A DNA stretch of 32,604 nucleotides from Trypethelium eluteriae (lineage: Eukaryota): NCBI GenBank assembly GCA_051942245.1, contig JAVECL010000254.1, forward strand, positions 1 through 32,604, read 5' to 3'. Both the position numbers and the translations under genes were made by a program. Below, one piece after another: positions 22,681 to 32,604 of this stretch; positions within the stretch are counted from its first letter, which is position 1, and every line of letters starts with the position of its first letter. Under the pieces are notes generated by a model, which worked only from the letters and a program-made list of their open reading frames with translations, ran no database searches and was not told the origin of the DNA.

Positions 22681-23671
22681 GGTTAGGCACCCCTTCCACT
22701 TGGTGTCCAGATCGTGTAAATGTAGGATCTTCGACCGCGGCACTGTCTGGCACCTAGATTTCGCACAGAGGAGCGGCGCGTTATCTGCGAGTGTTGACGG
22801 CGCCTGGAATTTGCTAGGCTGAAGATGAAGCCTCATCGCACATGACTGTGTTATCAGCGCTAAGCAGGGATCGCCGTTACGATACCGCAATAGAGTATCG
22901 TACAGAATCTTATAAAAGAAGAATATATAACTGTCAAGTATTTTAGTATATTCTATTAAATTTCACCACATTTTAGTAGCAACCACGGGGAACGCGCCGT
23001 AGGGGCCTATTCGCACCCATCATACATGCAACTAAGGTAAAAATTTATGCTAGACTAAAATGGCATGGATGGCCTTCATCTCCGAGAGGGCAATTTAGCC
23101 CTAGTTCTTACAGGTATTCTCCTGCACAGGCTATCCCTTAAATGACAGTAGAAAATCAGAATGCATCATAAATTATATCCATTCTGTCTGGTCGCCGTAC
23201 AGGAAACCTTCAGTAACTTCTCAGCAGGACATCTTGGAGGATCGTCCCTGTAGTGTTGCGTGTTGCGGCTGCCTCTATCGGAATGAATGTAGACACTTCT
23301 CTTCCATAGCTATTGGAGAGACTTTGAGACCTAATGACAGTCCAAAGGTTCCATTACCTTTGCTCACCATGTCAGCAACGGGATAATGTAACAAAATAGC
23401 GTCAACTGTAGTCATCGTGTAACGGAGGCTCCATAAAAGACCGGTGTTATGTACGAGCGGCTGGATTAGCGCACCTCCGGCCTTCATCTTTTCACTGCCC
23501 CCTTTACGACCACCCCTGAAGACCAGACGGACCATCATTGATGTTGCATGTGATATGTGAGAAGTCAACCCTATCACGTTAATAGGAGTGAGGTTCGTGA
23601 ATTGGCCACGTATATAGATGTCCTCGCCTCCATAGCTTAATCTACAAGCTTTCACCATCCAATTTACAACA

Positions 23672-26242
23672 TCACTCATCGAGAAATTCACATTTGTATA
23701 CGTTTTTCTTCTTCAGCCCTTTCTTTTTTGTTTTTTGAGCCGTAGTAGCCCATGTATCCCAGTCGTCGGTCGCCTCAGCGGACGGTGGACATTCCTCTTC
23801 CAGAAACTCCTCTATCGGAGCTGCCTCTGTCACCTCCGATTTGTAATTTCTCCAGTCCACTACCGCGACTCTGGGTGGGGCCGCCTCTTCAATTGCAGGC
23901 GAGGCCTCAAAGTCACAATTTGCGACTGGAGTTGAAGACCGAGAATATGATGCGGAGATGTCGTCTTCTTCATTTTCCTCCCGGCTTTCGTAATAATCTC
24001 GTCGAGTCACTGAACGTTGACATTAGCGAGCGGATCCGGCCAAGACTCCAGTATCACTACAGAGGACACCGGGAGAACAATATACTTACCTGTAAGACTT
24101 GAACAGTGCTTGTCTAGACGTCTGAGTTCGTGAAGTCCAGTTTCGAGAACACCTAGCTTCTCTATGCATCGCGAGCGTTCCGCAGCAGCCTCTTCAGATT
24201 CGCCAGCAAGACGTGAGAGTTCGTCTTCGCGGAGATCATTGACCATTTCCGGTGTGAACAACGACGGCACTTCGCGCATCAAACAGTGTTCTATTGCGAG
24301 AACACCGATGTCGTCAATGTATTTCTTCATCGCTACCTACGGCGTATGTTAATAGAACTGAACAGCCTCGCTGAAGCATTGACCACTCTACGAAACTAGT
24401 AAGGCCAAGTTTCAGCTAGGAACGTACCTTGTAGTATGCCTGCATGTAGTCCACCGCAACGTCGCTCGCGTAGCGTTCCATATCTCTTTCCCTGTCTTGC
24501 TCAAAGACAGTCAGTAATTGAGACGGGTATACATCACATTGAATTCCTTCCTCAACATTGCTGGAACCAAATAACTTCTTCAACCCGGTGACAAAGCTTT
24601 CGCGGCGTCTATCAGCCTGCATCTTCTCTACGGTATCCGTTAGGTAGTGATTGTACGTGATAGGATGGCCATTATAATGTGGCTCAAGCAACTCGACCAC
24701 CTTCTTGTCAACGTGGCTCTGCAGAGCATCGATCCCGCCGTTGATGATCATCAAGATGTTGTTTGCAGTCTCGTCTACAGCAATGTGGCCGATGATGGCT
24801 AGTGTTGCCTGATAGACAGCCTCCAAGATCGCTTGTTTTGCACGCATCGTGATAGCCTTCCACGGCTGGCATTGCTCTCGGAAAAGCTCGCCAATGATCA
24901 TCGGGTCGAAAGTGCCCAGAAGTTCGCAGCCCCTGCTTCTCCGCATTAACGATTTGACCTCGTCAATATATGCAGATCGAGAGATCTCGTTCGTTTTCGC
25001 TCTTGGTGTCGACTCAGTGATTCTCCGTGTTTGACCATTTCCATGCATATCATCTCTGAAGTCGATCAAGCTATTTTGAACAACAGCCCGTAGGCGCTTT
25101 TGGTAGCCGTCATCGGTCTTGGCGCTTGTGAAGTAGCGATCATTGTACACCCCATCTACGGAAGCCCTCATCAGGACTGAGAAATTTTGGCTGGCTTGGA
25201 TCAAGTAGCGGCGTTGTTCTTCGGATGTCGCGCGCGAAGCGCCAAGCCTTTTTAGCTGATCTTGACAATCTTGGATACCGGCTTCGATATCTTGAAGCAG
25301 ATCTGGCAGCTGATCCAATATTTGGTCTTTCAAGACGTTGCTGAGTCGGGGCTTCAATTTTTTAACGCCAAGTTGTGTTGTATCTAGCGATTTCCAGGAC
25401 GATGTCAAGAAGAAGTTTGCTTCAGCTTCATCGCGTTCCGCAGAAGGTGCTTCTCTCATCGCATAATCACGGTTCTTGAGGACATGCCAGCTAAGTCGGA
25501 ATACAATATCCTTGTTCTGCGCCAGGTTGATGTAAGATGCCTCGCTATCGGATCCGGCATCTAACGTGTCCGGTTTGGTGATCAGTCCCAGAGTGCGTAT
25601 GCCCTGCGGATCGAGCTCACGAGCCAGCTCAGTCACTTCCTGGAGAGCAAAGTCGCTCTTCGCTGAAACGACCGCCAAAATAATACTCCGTTCCTTTTTC
25701 ATGTATTTCCGGACCATTTTCTTGACTGTTTTGGCATCAACTACCGATTGGTCTTTGTTTCCCGCCCTGAAAAGACCAGGAAGATCGACCATGGTGAGAT
25801 GCGGTTGGGTCGGTCCGCTCAGTTCTACACGGAGCGTATCAGTGCTAAATACCTTGGTGTCAGATATTCCCATCGCATCCTTAGCCTTCTCAATGACATC
25901 GCTAAGGTCCGGTAGGTTGGCATCTACTTCGACGTGGAACTCTGAGAGACGCTCCTTCTCATCTGCAGATCTCTCTGAACCAGGAATGATAGAGATCTTA
26001 ACGCCCTGCCGGAAATCTCGACGGAGAACCAGTTCCGTTGCGAAGCGGGTACAAAGGTTGTCCTTCGTCGGAAACGAGATTTCGGATATGGCGTTGAGAA
26101 CAGAGCTCTTTCCCGCCGATTGATCGCCGCAAACAATGATCTCAGGCAGGTCAACGTATCTGCCAGCTCCTTTGGAGCGAAGCTTGTCAATAGTATCGAG
26201 AAGGTCTCTATGATCTTGTGATTGGAGTGTCACTGAAGCCAT
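23672..26242 (-). CDS. Dynamin-superfamily GTPase, Mx-like fungal clade, with GED region and acidic C-terminal tail
   Basis: [18 protein letters not shown] (G1), LCTRFATE (G2), DLPG (G3), TKPD (G4). An intron after YYK leads to [22 protein letters not shown] (GED). A further intron (~24089-24010) joins in frame to ORF 23672-24010. Confidence 0.88.
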
Positions 26243-28688
26243 TGTGAAGAACTTCTAATGATTGATCAGTGTCTGAGGATGGACGTCGAAGCTACAGTTA
26301 CTCGACCATGAGCATGAAGAGATCTTCAGAGAAGCAACAGTGAAGAACAGACTTGTTCGGTATTATTTGATCTGCAAGTTCGCCGACCGCCACTCCATAA
26401 GCCTACTGTGGTACTAGGGTCTCACCCAGCATTTCCCACACTACGACCCAAGTAATGCAAGTTGGACGCAGTTATCCATTGAGAAGACTTGTGGATCGCT
26501 CATTGGATGGGAGCCGAACGGCCGCTGCAATGTGCATGCAGCAGTAAGAACTGGGACGTCCCAGACATGCAAATGACCTGACTTGCCCTACCGAGCACGT
26601 CAGGCTAGTGCAAGAGATTGAACAGTAATTGGATGCTCATGGTGATGACGGATGCCGACAGTCCACCAGTTCAGGCATAACATCTAATGCAAGACGCGTC
26701 GCGTTCACATTCCTGCGTTTTGTCGCCTTGTCGTGCCCATACACAATCAAAATCGTACCGTGTTCCAAGACATCAGTTCACGATTGAGTAGTGAAGCTGG
26801 TTTTGCTCCGGATAGGAGACGTACGATAAAACGGATGGTACCATTGTTCGCGCCCACAAAAGGACGAGTGAAATTGGATGACGTCATCTGGGCCTTGTCA
26901 AATCAATTGAATCGTTTACCCGCATCTTGCAGTCCAGTCTAGCTCTCAGACAATAAGCCTTTCAAAGTACCATGAAGCCTCGCCAGCGAAAAGTCAGGTA
27001 CAATACTGAACGGAAGTCTTAGTTGAGCTACCGAGTGGAGCTCACGGTCAAAATAACACGCCACCACGCCTTCCCAGCTTCCCTGTCATCTAGTCGGCCT
27101 TGATGCAAAACCACGAAAACAGCGACCGAGTGGGGCAACCTGTTGCCCGCCGGGCGCTAATGCACGCCCCAAAGGTTAATGTGTAGGGAGTACTGTAGGC
27201 AGAGCAGAGTGGTCACTACTCAGGGACTCGCGCCGAAACATGAGCGTCAATCTCTACGATACGGCGGGTTTCTGCCGACAGCTGTGTCACAGCGTTCTCC
27301 ATGGACTATTGGTCACCTACAGACATTTCCTTGCTCACCGACATGCATCAGCCTTATCTCTGGCGCAGCCATGGAGCCACTGTGTTACCTCTTATCGACG
27401 AGTTGGCCAGCATCGGTTCGGATTGGTTCTACATGGCTGCACCGCTGTATGTACTACCATCCGTATGCAAGCCCGAAGCTATCATGCATATAATCATTCC
27501 CAGACGGTCGAACCGTGCCGTCTGCGCCGGCAAGCAATTGGCTTAGACTGCAAAACGTACCTCAGCCTTGCAAGGCAGTCACATGAGATTCGATATTCGC
27601 TGTGCTCGAGCATATTAGGCTGCGAGCTGAGTAGAATCACATCGCGCTTGCGCTATGCTCTTAGCCACTTTACTTGCAAATCAAAAAGAGTCAATTAGCA
27701 GAGAATGGCACAAACAGAAATAGACAATGGGATAGCACACGACAATATGAGTTTCTATGCAAACGCAACATATGTACAATGACGAAATCCCAAGAGTCCA
27801 GGTCATTGGTTCATACCATTCCACCTCTTCAAGCAAGGCGTCTCCCATAGATCTGACGTTGAGACTATTCAACCATTACCTCAGTTCTATTTCACGACTT
27901 TGGGGGCGTAAAATTTGGTCTCTTCTATTAACGAGGATTTCCTATCATTATATATTTCTTCTCTCAAAAAGTCCCTTTACTTGGTGTTGATTGATTACTT
28001 CGTACGATACTCTTCTGCTTCATTTATGCTTGCCACTTCTATTCGATCAACACCAAACCTTACGCGTAGCTCTTTATAGAATTCACATAAAGCCAATTGC
28101 ATCGTCTATCCTAACTCAAGCAAGTCGAAAAATCTTAGTACATGTCACGCGTCTTCGTCTTGTTAAGCTAACAAACAGCTATGCAAGCTTCTTCTTGGTC
28201 TAAACCTACTGTATTCTCGTAAGTAATAGAAAATCTTCTCCACAACTTGTGGGCGACAACTGACCCACAAACTTTGTTCTTGGTTGCTCTCGGCTTCATT
28301 CGGAAGTATGCTAATAAGTGATTGCAATATGAGGACTAGCTGATATTCAAAGCTGACCCTGTTAGATCTAAAGTGTCCTTTTATTAGAATTCATAAGTTG
28401 CTGGCAGTGTGGGGTTTTTGAAGAGGTTCTTTCGTCGCCCTCCTCGCAAGTAATGACCTCTGCTACCCATGGCGTGTATTCTACTCAGATCGATCCAGCT
28501 TGAAACCTTGAACCAGTGTACCAGAGATGAGCAAGCTCTCAGAATTAAGCGGTGCAGTGATTGAATAACAAAAAGGAGCCACGAATTAGGACCTTATCAT
28601 GCATATGAAATATATAGAAGAGATCTGCGCCAGGTATCACGCCGAGAGACCTGTATGCGTGGTCCACTCATCAACCGTCCAAAGATCC

Positions 28689-29903
28689 TCATTCTTGATT
28701 AGGTGCTCTAAAACCAGGGACAGTCTGAAGCTGAGGGTCTGTAGACAAGGCAGACGACACTGCAGCCAATGCAGATCCTCTCTTCTCCCCAGACAGCCTG
28801 GCTGCCATTAATTTTTCTTCCGGTCTTGCAATATCACCAACTCTCGCCTCCTCGAGAAGACGCCAGATCCTCCGGCGGTTTCGTGGCTGTAATGATAGCT
28901 GCAGGGCTGTTCCACCGAGATCTTGGATCTCTCTCTGCGAAAGCTGACGCACGAGGAGCTCCCAATCCCAGCGTCCAGCGCGTTGCTTTTTGCGAACCGC
29001 ATCGAGGTCCATGTCACATAGCCATGGAAATATCTGCTTGTTGACCAAGGCTTCGCAGTACCAGTCTTGACTGGTTCGAAGATGACGAGGAACGCCAACA
29101 GAGTCAACTATGTCCGCTTGCTGCAGATTTTGCAGAATTGATGAGGTGAGACTTGGTATTTCTATCGGATTCTGTTCAAGTAGCTTCCTTGTTTCAGCAA
29201 TTTGGTAAATTTATCGCCTCGAGCAGGGCTGTGGAATTTACCTCGGCATACTCGGAATCATCTCCTGGCTCCCAATAGGTATTACGACATCTCCTTCCAC
29301 CAAAATAGTCGTGCGGCTCGGGCAATATCCACGTGCGAACATTGCTACCGCTTCAGCGTAAACGACGATGCAGGACCTCCCACATCTGCTTAGGAGACGT
29401 GATACCATCTAGCGGTACGACCTGAGCTGTGTGTATGGAGCTCGTTACACTATCGATAAAACGATCTGCGAGCTGGATACAAAAGCGGTGGACAGGGAGA
29501 TAGAGTGGAGTCCCACGATCCAGCACAGGTTTCCTCGGCTGAATGTCGACGCGCATAGCACTCACCTGTTCGCCCGAATCTAGTAGGGTAAATGATTCCG
29601 TACCATGTGAGTGAGCCTCAAGCCGCAACACGCTTCTCTGGGGTTCTCTCGATAAATCTTGGCTTCGGTGGAAGGAATATGATGTACGAGGAGGCGGTGG
29701 CCAATATGTATCTAGCTCTATACCTTGCTCAACCTTGTGTCCAGTAGTCAGCAGAACAGCTGTAGTTAGCCATTCCTTGGGGTCATTCCTTCTATTATTG
29801 CGTTAGTAGGTACTTTGGTCTCTATAATGATGGAAACGCGCAAGGTGCCGCTCTCAAATATTGGGGCTCCACAGATTGAACAGTAGATCTGAGGCTGGCT
29901 CAT
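28689..29903 (-). CDS. Hypothetical multi-exon fungal protein
   Basis: ATG 29903 (MSQPQIYCSICGAP), then consecutive minus-strand ORF segments (LYLPVHRFCIQLA..WEVLHRRL; FPWLCDMD..WDWELLVRQLSQ..RNRRRIWRLLEEAR). Exon structure not resolved. Confidence 0.55.
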
Positions 29904-30567
29904 GGCTATCGATGGTGGCTGTAAGTTAAAAGCCGTGAAACTCGCATGAGAGGTCAATATCTTGGATTCAGAGTGTGCGACAGTCCCTTCAGGCGATGGT
30001 GGCCTTTAAATGGATCTTGGAGCTGATGCAGCGGTAGATAGTAGAGTAAAACAAGGTCCGCTATGCCCAACGATCAGTGTCTGCCACAAGTATACATTTG
30101 GACTGGTTTGATGACAAGTATGGCCTTTGGGCACCAGTCCGCGTATTGCTCTCTATTCGCTACTAAAGAAGGGACTCTACCTTACCTCGTGGGCGCTCGG
30201 TATTGAACAAAGGAGCGGGTGACGTAACTCTTCGCTTAATCCATCGCCCCTTTGGGGACTGAGGTACTACAACAGTACAGTGGCCATTGTATACGGAAGC
30301 AGCAGGTAAGGAGTCGTCCCATACATGCATTTCCACCAAGCTGTATGTTCGTGGAAAGGCAAAAGCATTCGCAGAACCAACACAGCGCATATGCGAGACA
30401 TAAGGCAGATGAGGCTGAAAACTGGCATGGCGCATCAGAAAAGGATTGTCGGGAATCTCTCAGTTTTGCTTCTATCTTACCGCTTCGAGACCGTTGTTCG
30501 CTTTTTATGCTGTTGAGATTAATGTCTTGATTCTATGAAGCTATCTTAGGTAGGTCTGAAAGGTTTA

Positions 30568-30759
30568 CAGTAAATATTCGATATAACGAACGAAATGATC
30601 TGGAGATCTGGTACGTTATACCGAATATTCGTTAAGAAATTGACTGATATGGCTTAGCGTATACCTATTCGGGTTAGCATGCCCCTCAAATCGCTGTGAA
30701 AATTCCGTAATATCGCATAATTTCGCTATATCGAATTACGTAATATTGAATATTTACTG
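30568..30759. mobile_element. MITE-like non-autonomous DNA transposon, Tc1/mariner (pogo-like) type
   Basis: TA|CAGTAAATATTCGATATAACGAA ... TACGTAATATTGAATATTTACTG|TA. The terminal inverted repeats match at 20 of 23 bp, with TA on both sides and internal subrepeats of the CGTTATATCGAA-like motif. Confidence 0.75.
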
Positions 30760-31010
30760 TATGTGTGGCTTCACAAGTGCGCTAGGCCTAGTTTGGATTG
30801 ATTCAGGTTGATCTTCAACAAGGGGAGCCTAGCCGTGTAAAATCAAGCTAATTAATATCCAAACTCTCTTCCTTCCTGTCGGTTCCATTATTAACAGGTT
30901 TCCTTCTGGCTCATTTCGTGAGGGACTTTAGGGTATTACCCCGCCGGGCGCCATTGCCAAGAGATGGCTCGAGATATTTTGCAGGTGGCGATGCTGACTT
31001 CCCTCACCAG

Positions 31011-31768
31011 CTAGCGAGGGTTGTACACCTGGCTTTCTACGGCTCGGATACCACGATGCGCTGAGATACTCAAAGAACGATGGCTACAGATCCTTTCGAT
31101 GGGCAGATCTAAGAAACCTGTGTCTTGGAGGCCCGAACAAAACAATGCAGCCTCCAGCTCGCTACCGCATATCGTAAGAGAGGTTGAAGCTAGACCTAAT
31201 GTGGTTAATAGTGGGTTTAATCTAGCCAAAATCGTAATGCTATCAAACTCAATCCTAAAGATCCTGATCATGGAATACACGAGTCTATTCCATGCTCTGG
31301 CTATGCTTCCGATCCCTGACCTGAGCAGGCCTATTCGTCGGAACTTCAGCGCTTCCTCTACCGGCTCTTCCCTGACTGAGAGCTCACATTGTCACCACTC
31401 ACTTGGTCAATTCGGGTAGACGAGCCAACAGAAAGCTCAAGATTATGCCTCTCGCCTTCACCTGACGTGTCAAATAGCGGCTGTGTATTCGCATTTTCAA
31501 GGAAAGAGACTGCATAGTTGATAGCATTTACAGTACAGCGACCACCAAGGCACAGCAAACTGCTAGTGCTGATGATTTTGAAAGTCCATAAGAAATCAGT
31601 TATGAGCTCAAAGGAATGTGGCTCAAAAGGAACTTCATGATTTGTCGAATCGTTAAAAATCTCTTCAACTGATCCCCCTACAATCGTAATGCGTTTAATC
31701 CTCATGAACCTTCCCCTGTCAGAGTGAGCGCTAGTGGTCGGTCGCACGTAGGCGGTGCAAGTCGTCAC
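31011..31768 (-). other. Possible hypothetical gene or relic (adjacent minus-strand ORFs)
   Basis: Two consecutive minus-strand ORFs with protein-like composition; no recognisable motif. Confidence 0.2.
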
Positions 31769-32029
31769 GAAAAACGACTTTAGGGCTTAGTAATCATCTC
31801 GTACTCGATGTGGGCTGTGAAATGCTTTGAGTACATTGTCTCATGTTCTCATTCCATGATCAATATACAGCTGAAGTGGACCAGGAGAAGAATACCGCTA
31901 CACAATCCGGAGACTTTGTCACGTATAAATAACCACTGTACATATGCATATGCGAACCATCAAGAGTCCAACTTTCTTTTTCTTTCTTCTGTGTTGAGAT
32001 GTCTTCCGTTCGGTATGTGACCTGTCCAA

Positions 32030-32510
32030 TTGTTCAGATATCCGCTAAGAAAGATTCTAAGCCTACCACTCGTTGGGCTGTTCGCATTGTTTGCAACTCT
32101 CGGAGAAGGCCAATTCGTAGACCCTCCCAACGATCTAATCAAGAAGACGGGGTATGCAGGTATCGATATTCGATACAAAGAAGTACCAACAGGAATCTGT
32201 GAGCTCAATCCAGCTGTCAAATCATATTCCGGTTACGCCGATGTTGCCGAAAATCAACACATGTTTTGGATGTTCTTTGAGACCCGCAATGGCGATCCTA
32301 CGACAGCTCCTCTAACACTTTGGATATCAGGAGGGCCTGGAGCAAGCTCAATGTACGAACTTTGGCAAGAGCTAGGTAAGTCTTACTTGCGGTGCAACCA
32401 AGTTGCTGCACTAATTTTCAACTTCTAGGCCCTTGCTTGATTAACTCCAGCATCGAGGTGAATATGATGATGTTCATGATGTTCTTCATGAAGTTGATCC
32501 AATCAACCTA
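32030..32510 (+). CDS. Serine carboxypeptidase S10 (carboxypeptidase S1-like), N-terminal part; possibly truncated or a pseudogene
   Basis: Signal peptide, then IRYKEVPTGICELNPAVKSYSGYADV..HMFWMFFETRNGDPTTAPLTLWISGGPGASSMYELWQELG|intron|PC. Start codon unclear (ATG 31999 plus an intron?). An in-frame TAG follows at ~32508-32510. Confidence 0.7.
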
Positions 32511-32604
32511 GCCTACCGCGTAATCTCGCTATGCTCTACACGAGGGTCAATGCGCGAGATTCTCGAACCTACTACGTAGGTCCTCATTTTACTAGTTAAT
32601 TAGG

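Noticed and set aside
26300..28600. Short ORFs in the long intergenic region
   Set aside because: Overlapping short ORFs with no consistent exon structure or motif.
32030..32510. Carboxypeptidase as a Kex1-like trimming enzyme of the RiPP cluster
   Set aside because: It is ~23 kb from the cluster behind unrelated genes and is apparently disrupted.

Overview
Eukaryotic, filamentous-ascomycete-type genomic DNA with short GT-AG introns. The left ~8.6 kb is a compact fungal RiPP (dikaritin-type) biosynthetic gene cluster, cut off at the window start. It holds a secreted, Kex2-type repeat precursor with 10 copies of (E-D/N)-AIAYPD(S/T)Y, two UstYa/DUF3328 oxidases (each with two HxxHC motifs), an O-methyltransferase, a PLP class-I aminotransferase with an extra hydrophobic N-terminus, and a CYP52-clan-like P450 lacking the I-helix Thr. 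The core matches none of the dikaritin cores I know. The rest of the window contains a single-pass membrane protein with a C-terminal PNP_UDP_1-like domain, a conserved fungal helical protein, a HET-NACHT-ankyrin NLR-like gene beside an Mx-like dynamin GTPase, hypothetical genes, a ~190-bp Tc1/mariner-type MITE and the 5' part of an S10 carboxypeptidase. Exon boundaries were inferred by eye; no database searches were run.
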